Source of the DNA: Candidatus Rokuibacteriota bacterium
GTDB taxonomy: Bacteria > Methylomirabilota > Methylomirabilia > Rokubacteriales > CSP1-6
Length of the DNA stretch: 64,000 nucleotides
Assembly (NCBI GenBank): GCA_016184125.1
Contig: JACPDG010000057.1
Coordinates: forward strand, 11,485 to 75,484
Direction of reading: 5' to 3'
Shown here: in pieces, positions 31,562 through 41,243 of the stretch
How the letters are laid out: the number at the start of each line of letters is the position of its first letter
Position numbering within the stretch: position 1 is the stretch's first letter
Notes under the pieces: generated by a model
Databases searched by the model: none
Told to the model about the DNA's origin: nothing
What the model saw: the letters and a program-made list of their open reading frames with translations, nothing else
Program-made: the position numbers and the translations under genes

Positions 31562-32383
31562 TCAGGGCGTCGACGGAGACACCACGGGAGCGATCGACAG
31601 CGTGGGGAGCGAGCCGAGCCCCGACGCCGGCGTGTCGATGGACACGCCGTTCGACGTCACGAACGTGGTCGTCGTGGACACGGTCACCGCGCCCGAGCCC
31701 GTCAGCGGTGTGGTCGTGGAGCCCGTCACCGGCGTCGTCGAGGACCCTGTGAGGGGCGCGGTCGCCGCCGTCGCGGGCAGCGGGACTGGCAAAGGCGCCG
31801 GCACGTCGATGCGCGGCGCGCCGGGCGTGACGTCGTTCCCGACGACGAGCGATTGCGGCGCCGACGCCGGCACGGTGAAGCCGTTCCTCACCGTGTTGCG
31901 ATCCGTGAGCGTGAGTCCGGGTACCGTCGTGAGTCCGTTCGTCGCGGTCGGCGAAGTCAGCTGAACACCCGTGGCCGGGATCCCGCCCGGCAGGACGCCA
32001 CCGGGCAACGTCACCACCCCCAGCGCGCCCGGAACCGTCGCGGTCGGAGGCACGCCGAGGCCGTTGACCGTCACGGTGGTCTGGGTCACGATGCCGGGTG
32101 CGGTGTTGGCGGGCACGCTGATGCCAGGTGCCGTCGTCCCTCCGGGTACCGTCACAGCGGGCGCTGTCCCGGATGCCAGGCCAACGGCGCCAGTGATCGC
32201 CGCCCCCGCCGGCGTGCCGCCGGAAACCGGCGGTCCGATCAGCCCCACCGCCGGAGCGGAGGGTGCACCGGTGCCGACCGCCCCGGGAGCGACCTGCGCA
32301 GCGACGTGGGGCACGACCGCGCCGACGAGCACGACGGCCCCTGCGAGCGCCACGGTACGCTTCACGATTCGCGTTCTTACCAT
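31562..32383 (-). CDS. Secreted low-complexity Pro/Thr/Gly/Val-rich protein
   Basis: The ATG is preceded by GGAGG. Signal peptide MVRTRIVKRTVALAGAVVLVGAVVPHVAA, then 240 aa of PGAVGTGAPSAPAVG.. repeats. Confidence 0.5.
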   Translation of the reverse strand: MVRTRIVKRTVALAGAVVLVGAVVPHVAAQVAPGAVGTGAPSAPAVGLIGPPVSGGTPAGAAITGAVGLASGTAPAVTVPGGTTAPGISVPANTAPGIVTQTTVTVNGLGVPPTATVPGALGVVTLPGGVLPGGIPATGVQLTSPTATNGLTTVPGLTLTDRNTVRNGFTVPASAPQSLVVGNDVTPGAPRIDVPAPLPVPLPATAATAPLTGSSTTPVTGSTTTPLTGSGAVTVSTTTTFVTSNGVSIDTPASGLGSLPTLSIAPVVSPSTP

Positions 32384-32540
32384 GGGTTCCTCCAACTGGC
32401 CTTGTCGCTGGGGTTGACTGGAAGCAACCGCAGTGCCACGCACGCGCAGGGTGGCGAACGCTCGGCGCACGCCGGGGGCACGGGCGCGCCACGCGACCGT
32501 CGCGCTGAGCGTCGGCGTGTCGCCCGCGCGGCGCCCGCGC

Positions 32541-33443
32541 TCAGCGCGCCGCAGGCTCGTACGTGAGGAGTCGCAGGAGATCCGCGGTGAGGTCGTAGAG
32601 CTGCGCGCAGCCGCCGGCGCCGCCGATGAGCGTCTGGATGCGCTTCGGGAGCTCGGCATCCACCACCTCGCCGATGAGCGTGGCGAGCTTGCGCTGTGGC
32701 TCGGTGCAGATGCCCATGTAGGGAAGCCGCGGGGTCATGCCGTCCGCTCGCACGACCCGGCCCGTGGTGCTGTCGACCTCGTAGGTGAGCTCGAACCCGT
32801 GGACGTTGTCGTACATCGAGTGGAAGAGCCGCAGCCGCCCACCGACACGCTCGATCCGCGCGACCTTCTTGCGCACGAACACACGCGCCTGGCCCGGCTT
32901 CGGGCTGTAGAGATCCGCGGTCATCGCCGTCGCGACCCGGCGCGTCCCGAGGAGCGCGCGGCCGGCCTCCGTGTACGCGAAGCAGGAGTCCGGAAGATCG
33001 CTCCACCCGGTCGTGTCGAGCTGCCAGCACCCCCACGGATCTCCGGTCGCGGCGAGGGCGCGGTCGCGCGGCATCTTGGCCACCTGGCGCGCGAGCCGTG
33101 CGATCTCGATCACGGCGTCGCGCGCCGGTCCTGCGCCCGCTCCGCGGCCGGTCGCTTCCGCGATGCGGCGGCCGAGACCGGCGACCATCGCCGTCCCCGC
33201 GAGCTTGCCGATGCCGGTCAGCACGCCGGGATCGACGACGCCGGCGAGCACGCGCGCGCGGGCTTCGCGGATCGCATACGTCGGCGAGGGCAGGACGACC
33301 GCCGCCACCTCGATGGCCACCCCCGGCTCGCTTACCCTGGCGGTGTGCGTGAACGCGTCATCGTGCGTGTTGTCCGTCCAGGCGTCGACGACGCGCTGCC
33401 AGCGCTCCGCGCTGCGCAGGACCGGGGGATCCATCATCACCAT
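32541..33443 (-). CDS. Hypothetical protein (DUF2889-like, uncertain)
   Basis: 300-aa ORF with protein-like composition. The family is recalled only weakly. Confidence 0.45.
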   Translation of the reverse strand: MVMMDPPVLRSAERWQRVVDAWTDNTHDDAFTHTARVSEPGVAIEVAAVVLPSPTYAIREARARVLAGVVDPGVLTGIGKLAGTAMVAGLGRRIAEATGRGAGAGPARDAVIEIARLARQVAKMPRDRALAATGDPWGCWQLDTTGWSDLPDSCFAYTEAGRALLGTRRVATAMTADLYSPKPGQARVFVRKKVARIERVGGRLRLFHSMYDNVHGFELTYEVDSTTGRVVRADGMTPRLPYMGICTEPQRKLATLIGEVVDAELPKRIQTLIGGAGGCAQLYDLTADLLRLLTYEPAAR

Positions 33444-33475
33444 CGACGGCGGCCCTCACAGCCCCTGAACCACTC

Positions 33476-33560
33476 CCGAGCCGCGCCCCGGGTCCCCCGG
33501 GGCGCGTGCGAGCGACCGGGGGGCTTGGGGGGCATCGATAGTCCCCCCATGATGTCAGTG
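33476..33560. repeat. GC-hairpin repeat copy R3 (reverse orientation), overlapping the YHS gene stop
   Basis: ..CCGGGGGGCTTGGGGGGCATCGATAGTCCCCCCATGATGTCAG. Confidence 0.7.
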
Positions 33561-33740
33561 CTGCTCGACGGCGCCGCCCTCGAGGTACGTGTCGGGATCA
33601 CGGTCGAACTTCTGCTTGCAGCCCACCGCGCAGAAGTAATAGGTCTCGCCCTGGTACTTCGACTGCGCCGCCGCCTTCGCGGGCTCGACGTCCATGTGGC
33701 ACACGGGGTCCTTCGCCATCGCATCGTCCTCCTTCATCCG
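33555..33740 (-). CDS. YHS-domain metal-binding protein
   Basis: [25 protein letters not shown] is the YHS/TRASH-type motif. It lies immediately downstream of copA, and its stop codon lies within the end of a GC-hairpin repeat copy. Confidence 0.7.
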   Translation of the reverse strand, partial: RMKEDDAMAKDPVCHMDVEPAKAAAQSKYQGETYYFCAVGCKQKFDRDPDTYLEGGAVEQH

Positions 33741-36037
33741 CGTGTGCGCGCGGATCCGGTTGCGTGGGCGGTGGCCGGCGCCCGCGACACGCGGTCGCTC
33801 GGTGCCCAGCGCTTGAGCCTCAGGCTGTTGGTCACGACCGAGACCGACGAGAACGCCATGGCGGCGCCGGCCAGGATCGGCGACAGCAGCACGCCCCAGA
33901 TCGGGTAGAGAACGCCGGCCGCGACGGGGATGAGCACCACGTTGTAGCCGAACGCCCACACGAGGTTCTCCTTGATGATGCGGATCGTCCGGCGGGACAG
34001 CCCGACGGCCGCCACGACCGCGCGCAGGTCGCCGCGCATGAGGGTCACGTCCGCGGCCTCGATCGCCACGTCGGTCCCGCCGCCCATCGCGATGCCCACG
34101 TCGGCCTGCGCGAGCGCCGGCGCGTCGTTGATCCCGTCGCCGACCATGGCCACGAGGCGCTCCTCCGCCTGGAGACGTTTCACCTCGCGCGCCTTGTCCT
34201 CGGGGAGCACCTCCGCCAGCACCCGGTCGATTCCCGCCTCGCGCGCGATCGCCCGCGCGGTGACTCGGTTGTCGCCCGTCAGCATGACGACGCCGATGCC
34301 CAGCCGTCTCAGCTCCGCGACCGCGTCGCGGGCTTCGGGCTTGAGCACGTCCGCGGCGGCGATGAGGCCGAGCAGCCGGCCGGCGAACGCCACGAACATC
34401 ACGGTCTTGCCCTCCGCGGCGAGCCGATCTGCGCCGGCCTCCGCGTCACCGACCTCGATGCCGCGCATGTCCATCATCGTGCGATTCCCGAGGAGCACGC
34501 GGCCGTCGGGGGCGAGCGCGTCGATACCCTGTCCGGGGACCGTCGTGAATTCCGTCACCGCGGGGAGCGCGAGACCGCGTTCCTTGGCCCGCGCGACGAT
34601 CGCCTCCCCGAGCGGGTGTTCGGATCCCTGCTCGGCGGCGGCGGCGATCGCCACGATCTCGTCGTCTCCGGCGCCCCGCATGGCGATCACGTCGGTCACG
34701 ACCGGCCGGCCCACCGTCAGCGTGCCGGTCTTGTCGAAGACGATGGTGCCGACGCGGTGGAGCAGCTCAAGCGCCGCCGCGCTCTTGATGAGGATGCCGT
34801 GCTCGGCGCCGCGGCCGGTGCCCACCATGATCGCGGTCGGCGTCGCGAGGCCCATCGCGCACGGACACGCGATGACGAGCACCGCGACGGCGTTCGTCAG
34901 CGCCATCATCAACGCGAGCTCGGGACCGAGCGCCCACCAGGCGGCGAACGTGAGCGCCGCGAGGAGGAGCACGATCGGGACGAACACCGCGGCCACCCGG
35001 TCCGCCAGCCGCTGGATCGGCGCCCTCGATCCCTGGGCCTCCTCGACGAGCTTGATGATGCGCGCGAGCGTCGTCTCGCTGCCGACGCGCGTCGCGCGGA
35101 ACACGAAGCTGCCGGTGCGGTTCACCGTCCCGCCGACGACGAGCGCGCTCGGGCCCACGGCCACCGGCACGCTCTCCCCGGTGAGCATCGACTGATCGAT
35201 GGTCGAGGTACCCTCCACGACGAGACCGTCGACCGGGATCCGCTCGCCGGGACGGATGCGGACGAGATCACCGACCTGGACCTCGGCCGTCGGGACGTCG
35301 ACCTCCTGCCCGTCGCGCAGCACGCGCGCGGTCCGCGGCGCGAGGTGCATGAGCCGACGGATCGCGTCCGACGTCCGGCCGCGCGCCCGCGCCTCGAGCC
35401 ACCGCCCGAGCACCACCAGCGTGATTACCACCGCGGCGGTCTCGTAGTACGTCATCGCGCCGTGGCCCATGAACCGGTGCGGCCACAGCGTGACCGCGAC
35501 ACTGAAGAAGAACGCCGCGTTCGTCCCGATCGAGACGAGCGTCGACATCGACGCGGAGCGGTAGCGCAGGTCCCGGAGGAAGCCGGCATGGAACTGCGAG
35601 CCGACCCAGAACTGGACGGGGGTGGCGAGCACCAGCTGGAGCCATGGGCTCCGCAGCCACGCGGGCGCGAAGGGGAACAGCTCCGGCATGCCGCCCACCA
35701 GGACCGGGAGCGAGAGGACCGCGCCAGCCAAGAACTTCGCGCGCATCAGCCGCTGCTCGCGCTCCCGCGCCTCTCGCTCGCGATCGACGTGCTCCGGTGC
35801 GGATGGCGCCTCGGCGAGCTCGTACCCGGCATGCGCGACGGCGTCGCGCAACCCGGCGAGGTCCGTCCGTCCCGCATCGAACGCGATGCTCGCCTGCTCG
35901 GTCGCGAGGTTCACGGAGGCCTCGGCCACCCCCGGCACGTCCTTCAGCGCGCGCTCCACCTTCCCGACACACGCGGCGCAGTGCATGCCGCGGACGGGGA
36001 GCGTCAGCCGCTCGCGATCACGGGTCACCGTCTCCAT
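33734..36037 (-). CDS. copA: Copper-translocating P1B-type ATPase
   Basis: N-terminal HMA domain ([12 protein letters not shown]), CPC motif ([12 protein letters not shown]), [15 protein letters not shown]. Length 767 aa. Confidence 0.9.
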   Translation of the reverse strand: METVTRDRERLTLPVRGMHCAACVGKVERALKDVPGVAEASVNLATEQASIAFDAGRTDLAGLRDAVAHAGYELAEAPSAPEHVDREREAREREQRLMRAKFLAGAVLSLPVLVGGMPELFPFAPAWLRSPWLQLVLATPVQFWVGSQFHAGFLRDLRYRSASMSTLVSIGTNAAFFFSVAVTLWPHRFMGHGAMTYYETAAVVITLVVLGRWLEARARGRTSDAIRRLMHLAPRTARVLRDGQEVDVPTAEVQVGDLVRIRPGERIPVDGLVVEGTSTIDQSMLTGESVPVAVGPSALVVGGTVNRTGSFVFRATRVGSETTLARIIKLVEEAQGSRAPIQRLADRVAAVFVPIVLLLAALTFAAWWALGPELALMMALTNAVAVLVIACPCAMGLATPTAIMVGTGRGAEHGILIKSAAALELLHRVGTIVFDKTGTLTVGRPVVTDVIAMRGAGDDEIVAIAAAAEQGSEHPLGEAIVARAKERGLALPAVTEFTTVPGQGIDALAPDGRVLLGNRTMMDMRGIEVGDAEAGADRLAAEGKTVMFVAFAGRLLGLIAAADVLKPEARDAVAELRRLGIGVVMLTGDNRVTARAIAREAGIDRVLAEVLPEDKAREVKRLQAEERLVAMVGDGINDAPALAQADVGIAMGGGTDVAIEAADVTLMRGDLRAVVAAVGLSRRTIRIIKENLVWAFGYNVVLIPVAAGVLYPIWGVLLSPILAGAAMAFSSVSVVTNSLRLKRWAPSDRVSRAPATAHATGSARTRG

Positions 36038-36046
36038 CGATCCAGC

Positions 36047-36328
36047 CTACCGCCCGCCGAAGCGGGAGAACACGTCCAGGAGCTCGTCGATCTTCCGCTG
36101 CCGCTCGGTCTTCGTGCCCGACCGCATCGCGTCCGCGACGCACGACTCGATGTGGCGGCCGAGCAGGAGCTTCTGGACCTGCTCGAGCGCCCCCTGCACC
36201 GCCGAGACCTGCAGGAGAATGTCGACGCAGTACGCGTCGGCCTCGATCATCCGCTGGAGGCCCTGCACTTGACCCTCGATCCGCCGCAGGCGGCCGAGCG
36301 CCTTCGTCCTCGTGTCGTCGTCGATCAT
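36047..36328 (-). CDS. csoR: CsoR-family copper-sensing transcriptional repressor
   Basis: KALGRLRRIEGQVQGLQRMIEADAYCVDILLQVSAVQGALEQV..LGRHIESC carries the C-H-C metal-site residues of the CsoR/RcnR family. The start is at the internal MIDDDT. Confidence 0.8.
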   Translation of the reverse strand: MIDDDTRTKALGRLRRIEGQVQGLQRMIEADAYCVDILLQVSAVQGALEQVQKLLLGRHIESCVADAMRSGTKTERQRKIDELLDVFSRFGGR

Positions 36329-36368
36329 CGCGTTCGCCTCGATCCTCGCCGAGCCTGTCGGGGCACGA

Positions 36369-36383
36369 TACCCCCAGGGGGTA
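36369..36383. promoter_or_regulatory. Putative CsoR operator (TACCCCC-A-GGGGGTA perfect palindrome), about 40 nt upstream of csoR
   Basis: A perfect 7-1-7 GC-tract inverted repeat of the type bound by CsoR (compare the B. subtilis copZA operator TACCCTACGGGGGTA). Confidence 0.6.
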
Positions 36384-36464
36384 GTGTGCAGGACGCCGGC
36401 GGCGGCTGTCAACACCGCGAAGGTGAGACGGCGGTCCGGCTCACCGGAGGCTCAGCGCCCGTGA

Positions 36465-36835
36465 ACGAATCGCGTGGTCGAGGAGCGCCCCGGCGCTATG
36501 CCTGCCCTCCAGTCCGCCGAGGGGTGTCGAGAGGACCGCCCCGGGGGTTCCCGGGGCGGTTCCGAGCGCGGGGGGGTGTGGGGCATACGCGTTAACGTAA
36601 TATCGGCTTACGATGTGAATCCGCGGGAAACCCACGATTTCCGGGGTCCAGGTCCGCCAAGAGACCCCGAAAAGACGGGCATGGGGGTGTGGGGCGGGGT
36701 GTGGGGGGCCATGTCGGGGCCCCCAGGGACGCAGCGGGAGATCGAGGACCGCCCCGGGTTTCCCGGGGCGGTTCCGAGCGCGGGGGGGTATGGGGGGCCA
36801 TGTCGGGGCCCCCCATGATCAAAAGAGCGATGGCT
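36465..36835. repeat. Cluster of three or more degenerate GC-hairpin repeat units (R4) with an atypical AT-richer core
   Basis: A repeated CCGCCCCGGG(G)TTTCCCGGGGCGGTTCCGAGCGCGGGGGGGT(A/G)TGGGG(GG)CCATGTCGGGGCCCC motif occurs twice. The core between is GCATACGCGTTAACGTAATATCGGCTTACGATGTGAATCC. Confidence 0.65.
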
Positions 36836-37209
36836 GCTCGGCGCCCGCCGTGGTCGATCGCCGGCGGCGGGCCGACGGCTTCGCCGCCTTCCCGCTGTCG
36901 CTCGCACCCTTCACGCCGTCGGCCGGCGCCGGCCGCGGCAGCTTCCAGCCCTTGAGGCGCGCGATACGCTCGCCCTGCTTGATGGCGAGCAGGTCGACCA
37001 GGCGCGCGAGAGGGTTGCGCAGCAGACCGAGGTACTTCTCCCAGTACCGCGGTGTGAGGGCCAACGTTCGCATCTGCGCGAGCGCCAGCTCGAGCGCGAC
37101 GCGATCGCCCTTCCGCGCGGCCAGGCGCAGATCGCCGAGGAGCTTGTCTCGGCTGATCCGCGAGGGCGGCGTCCTCGGGACCCGCGCGGCCGGCCGACGG
37201 CGGCGGCTC
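36819..37209 (-). CDS. Small basic hypothetical protein, translationally coupled to the MetE-like gene
   Basis: The GTG start overlaps the upstream TGA (GTGA). About 130 aa (..ALELALAQMRTLALTPRYWEKYLGLLRNPLARLVDLLAIKQGERIARLKGWK..). Confidence 0.4.
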
Positions 37210-38263
37210 ACGGCTTGCCGGAGAGCTCCCGCCGGAGCAGCCGTGCTGCACCGACGAGCGAGCGCAGCTTGGAGACCGCGACCCAGCGCGGCGTCTCCCA
37301 CAACCCGCAATCCGGCGCGAGCCAGACGCGCTCGGCCGGCACGTGCTCGAGGGCCAGGCGGACGCGCGCGGCAACCTCCTCCGGCGGCTCGACGCGATAC
37401 GCCTTCACGTCGACGACGCCGACCGCGATCTCCTTGCCGGTGGGGTACTTGGCCCAGAGCTCGATCTCCGCCATCTCCCGGCTGGCGTACTCGAACACGA
37501 ACTGCTCGACGGGCGCATCGGCGAGGAGCGGGTGGAGCGCCGCGTACCGGCGCGGCGTCGCGAACGAGCCCCGGTGCGCGTTGCCGAAGCACACATGGAG
37601 CGCGAGCTTCGCCCTCACACCGGCGACGGTCGCACGCAGGGCCTCCAGCAGCACCGCCGGCCCCTCACGCAGCAGCCGGTGCTTGCCGGCACTCATGACG
37701 TAGTTCGGCTCGTCGATCTGGATCAGCTCGCATCCGGCCTCGACGAGGAGGCGAAGCTCCCGATTGACGATGTCGATGAGATCGGCGAGCAGCGTATCCT
37801 CGGACGTGTACGGCCCGCCGCGCCGGAGCGGCATCAGGAGCGTGATCGGGCCCGGCACGGCGACGCGAATCGGCCGGTCGGCGTGGGCCCGCGCGAACCG
37901 GAACTCGTCCACGATGCCGAGTCCCTCGGGCGCTTCGATGCGGCCGACCACGTCGAACGGACAGTGCGAGTCGTAGCTCGGCGGACCGAGCCGGCGCGGG
38001 ACCGCGAGCGGGCGCAGCCCCGCGAGGTGGTCGTAGAACCCGCGAATGAACATCGTGCGCCGCATCTCACCGTCGGAGATGACGTCGACGCCCGTCTCGA
38101 TCTGATCGCGGATCGCGATGCGCACGGCGTCGTCGTACGCCTCGCGCAGATCGGTCGGCCCCAGCCGGTCGGCGGCCGTGGCCTCACGCACGAGGTGCAA
38201 CCACGACGGCCAGGCGTGCGACCCGACGACGGTGGTGGGAAGCAGTGGCAGCTGAGCTGGCAT
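37208..38263 (-). CDS. Cobalamin-independent methionine synthase-like protein (short MetE C-terminal-domain/UROD-like type)
   Basis: 351 aa. HVCFGN..FVFEYASREMAEI..WLAPDCGL are the MetE C-terminal catalytic-domain motifs. Confidence 0.75.
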   Translation of the reverse strand: MPAQLPLLPTTVVGSHAWPSWLHLVREATAADRLGPTDLREAYDDAVRIAIRDQIETGVDVISDGEMRRTMFIRGFYDHLAGLRPLAVPRRLGPPSYDSHCPFDVVGRIEAPEGLGIVDEFRFARAHADRPIRVAVPGPITLLMPLRRGGPYTSEDTLLADLIDIVNRELRLLVEAGCELIQIDEPNYVMSAGKHRLLREGPAVLLEALRATVAGVRAKLALHVCFGNAHRGSFATPRRYAALHPLLADAPVEQFVFEYASREMAEIELWAKYPTGKEIAVGVVDVKAYRVEPPEEVAARVRLALEHVPAERVWLAPDCGLWETPRWVAVSKLRSLVGAARLLRRELSGKP

Positions 38264-38365
38264 CGGCCGGATGCTACCACCGTTCCGGAATGGCCATCGG
38301 TCCCCGCCGGCGGCGGCCGGTCGCTCATGCCACCCGAACGATCCAAGTGCGTGGGGAGTCAGCGA

Positions 38366-38549
38366 GCGGCGGCGGCGGGCGGGGTGGAAGGGCGGGTGGA
38401 GGGGGGCGAGCCGAGCCCTTCCGGCGAACTCGGCGAACTGCTATCGCGAAACAGCGGCAGCGAGTGGGAACGCCCCGGCGGTGATCGGTCTCCGACGGCG
38501 GTGGTCGGTCGCCCCCCTCCACCCGCCCCTCCGCCCCGCCCGCCGCCGC
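38366..38549. repeat. MITE-like element: 41-bp imperfect terminal inverted repeats flanking a 100-bp core, between the rng end and the metE-like start
   Basis: Left arm GCGGCGGCGGGCGGGGTGGAAGGGCGGGTGGAGGGGGGCGA. Right arm TCGCCCCCCTCCACCCGCCCCTCCGCCCCGCCCGCCGCCGC, with 2 mismatches to the reverse complement of the left arm. Confidence 0.6.
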
Positions 38550-38567
38550 GTCCACGCCGAGGGCTAA

Positions 38568-40094
38568 CTAACGCACCTGGATTTCGTAATCCTCGCGCTG
38601 CGGATGCCCGCCCTGCGTCTGGACGGTGATCTTCACGTCGAGCGACGTGCCGAGCTGGCGGAGCACGTCCTTGCCGTCGTTCTCGAGGTAGTGGACGAGC
38701 TCCGGGTGGGCGCGCACGACGATCTCGCGCCCCGGCTGGGTGGCCAGCCTCGCCTGGATCGCCCGGAGGATCTCCGCGGTGAGTGTCGCGTCGGAGCGGA
38801 TCACGCCGCTGCCCTTGCAGGTCGGGCACGCGGTCGACAGCAGCGACCGGAGATCCTGCCGGACGCGCTTGCGCGTCATCTCCACGAGACCGAGCTCCGA
38901 GATGTCGAGCACGTTCGTCCGCGCCTTGTCGTCCGCGAGCGCCTTCTTGAGCGCCTTCTCGACCTCCGCGCGGTGCTCCGGCCGTTCCATGTCGATGAAG
39001 TCGATGATGATGATGCCGCCGAGATCGCGCAGCCGGATCTGGCGGACGACCTCGTTCACCGCCTCGAGATTGATCTTGAGCACCGTCTGCTCGAAATCCC
39101 GCTTGCCGACGTACTTGCCCGTGTTGACGTCGATCGAGACGAGCGCCTCGGTGTGGTCGATCACGATGTAGCCGCCGGACTTGAGCCACACGCGCCGGCG
39201 AAGCGCCTTCTCGATCTCGCGCTCGATGCCGTACGTCTCGAAGATCGGCACCCGCCCCTCGTACCGCTTCACGCGGTCGGCGAGCCCGGGCACGAGCGCC
39301 TGCACGTCGCTCACGCTCTTCGCGTAGACGTCCGGGTCGTCGACGACGAACTCCTCGACGTCGGTCGACATCAGATCGCGCAGGACGCGGAACGTGAGGT
39401 CCATCTCCTGGTGCAGCACGGCCGGCGCCCGCGACTGCTCGTGGCGGCCGTTGATCTGGGCCCAGAGACGGCCGAGGAACGCCAGGTCGGCCGCGAACTC
39501 CTCCGCGCCCTTGCCCTCCGCGTTCGTGCGCAGGATGAAGCCGCCGGGCGGCGGGTTCAGCTCGCGCAGCACGCTGCGCAGCCGGTCACGCTCGCGCTCG
39601 TCGCGAATGCGGCGCGACACGCCGATGTGGCTCGTCTGGGGCATGTAGACGAGGTACCGGCCGGGCAGCGAGATGAACGAGGTGACGCGCGCGCCCTTGG
39701 TTCCGAGCGACTCCTTCGACACCTGCACGAGCACGTCCTGGCCCTTGCGCAGCAGCTCCTCGATCGGCGTCGTCGGCTCGCGCCGCGGCGGCTCCTCGTC
39801 GACGTCGACGTCGGCGTCCGGCTCCCCCTCGCTCGCGAGCATCTCGCGGACGTACTCGCCGAGGTTGGCCGTGTAGTCGCCGGCGTAGAGGAACGCGTCC
39901 TTCGCGAGGCCGATGTCGACGAACGCGGCCTGCATCCCCGGCAGGACGTTCGTCACCGTGCCCTTGTAGACGCTGCCCACGATCGAGCGCTGCCGGTGGC
40001 GCTCGAGGTACAGCTCGACGAGGACGTTACTCTCGAGGACGGCGACCCGGGTCTCGGTGAGCCCCGCGTTGACGACGACGATCCGTTTGCCCAC
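38568..40094 (-). CDS. rng: Ribonuclease G/E family endoribonuclease
   Basis: S1 domain plus catalytic domain (GGIIIIDFIDM..CPTCKGSGV). Length 508 aa. Confidence 0.85.
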   Translation of the reverse strand: MGKRIVVVNAGLTETRVAVLESNVLVELYLERHRQRSIVGSVYKGTVTNVLPGMQAAFVDIGLAKDAFLYAGDYTANLGEYVREMLASEGEPDADVDVDEEPPRREPTTPIEELLRKGQDVLVQVSKESLGTKGARVTSFISLPGRYLVYMPQTSHIGVSRRIRDERERDRLRSVLRELNPPPGGFILRTNAEGKGAEEFAADLAFLGRLWAQINGRHEQSRAPAVLHQEMDLTFRVLRDLMSTDVEEFVVDDPDVYAKSVSDVQALVPGLADRVKRYEGRVPIFETYGIEREIEKALRRRVWLKSGGYIVIDHTEALVSIDVNTGKYVGKRDFEQTVLKINLEAVNEVVRQIRLRDLGGIIIIDFIDMERPEHRAEVEKALKKALADDKARTNVLDISELGLVEMTRKRVRQDLRSLLSTACPTCKGSGVIRSDATLTAEILRAIQARLATQPGREIVVRAHPELVHYLENDGKDVLRQLGTSLDVKITVQTQGGHPQREDYEIQVR

Positions 40095-40148
40095 GGCAGC
40101 ACCTCGCTGACGCGAGCGGCGACCGGCAGGGCCGGCCCGACTCGCGTC

Positions 40149-41243
40149 TCATTGGAACTGCCGCATCCGGACCGAGACGAGGAGTCCGAGGGCCACGAGG
40201 GAGACGAGCATCGACGAGCCCCCGTAACTCATCAGAGGCAACGGGATGCCGACGACCGGCAGGAGACCCGTGACCATCCCCACGTTGACGAGGATCTGGG
40301 TGGCGAAGAGCCCCGTCACGCCCAGGGCCACGAGCCGCCCCACCGGATCGCGGGAGGAGGCGGCGATGTCGAAGCCCCGGAGGAGGAGGATCGCGTAGCC
40401 GGCCAGCAGCACCAGACAGCCGACGAATCCCCACATCTCGGCGAACACGGCGAAGATGAAATCTGTATGGCGCTCCGGGAGGAAGGCGAGCCGGCTCTGC
40501 GTCGCGCCGCTCACGCCCTTGCCCAGGAGCTGCCCCGAACCGATGGCGATCTTGGCCTGGATCACGTTGTACGCGCTCCCGAGGGGATCGCGCAGCGGAT
40601 CCAGGTACACGAGGACACGTTCCCGCTGGTAATCCTTGATCAGCAGCCAGCCGACCGGCATCGCGGCCGCGCCCATGCCCGCGATCCAGGCGAGGAGCCG
40701 GACGCTGATGCCGGCGCCGAACAACAGCAGGATCAGCACGGGAAAGAGCAGCACCGCCGTGCCCAGGTCGGGCTGCTTCACGATGAGCCCGGCCGGGACC
40801 AGCACGACGGGGAGGATCCAGAGGAGCGTCGAGACGGTGATGGGCTGCGCCCACCGCGAGCAGAGCAGCCACACGAGCATCAGCACGAACGCGATCTTGA
40901 AGATCTCCGACGGCTGGACGCTGAAGGCGCCCACGCCGATCCACCGGCGCGCGCCCGAGACGGTCTTGCCCACGACGAAGATGGCGACGAGGCCCGCGAG
41001 GCCGAGCACGTAGAAGAGCGGTGCGACCTGCACGAACCGCCGGTAGTCGATGCTGATGACGACGACGAGGGCAAGGAGGCCGATGCCGAACCACGCGAGC
41101 TGCCGCAACGCCACCGCCGACCCCGCCCGTCCGGGGTGCAGGGTCATGAGCGTCGTGGCCGAGACCGCGACCAGCACGGTCGCGGTCACGAGCAGCCCCC
41201 AGTCGACGTTCTGGAGCAGCCGGCGGTCGATCTTGAGCGTCAT
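40149..41243 (-). CDS. rodA: Rod shape-determining protein RodA (SEDS family)
   Basis: 364 aa, multi-TM, FtsW/RodA/SpoVE motifs (LPERHTDFIFAV..GLLPVVGIPLPLMSYGGSS). Confidence 0.85.
   Translation of the reverse strand: MTLKIDRRLLQNVDWGLLVTATVLVAVSATTLMTLHPGRAGSAVALRQLAWFGIGLLALVVVISIDYRRFVQVAPLFYVLGLAGLVAIFVVGKTVSGARRWIGVGAFSVQPSEIFKIAFVLMLVWLLCSRWAQPITVSTLLWILPVVLVPAGLIVKQPDLGTAVLLFPVLILLLFGAGISVRLLAWIAGMGAAAMPVGWLLIKDYQRERVLVYLDPLRDPLGSAYNVIQAKIAIGSGQLLGKGVSGATQSRLAFLPERHTDFIFAVFAEMWGFVGCLVLLAGYAILLLRGFDIAASSRDPVGRLVALGVTGLFATQILVNVGMVTGLLPVVGIPLPLMSYGGSSMLVSLVALGLLVSVRMRQFQ

Noticed and set aside
38264-38567. Cobalamin or SAM riboswitch in the leader of the metE-like gene
   Set aside because: No B12 box (GCCACTG) and no S-box/SAM-IV-like conserved stretches were found on the transcribed strand. 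The region is instead dominated by a 41-bp inverted repeat pair. It cannot be excluded without a covariance-model search.
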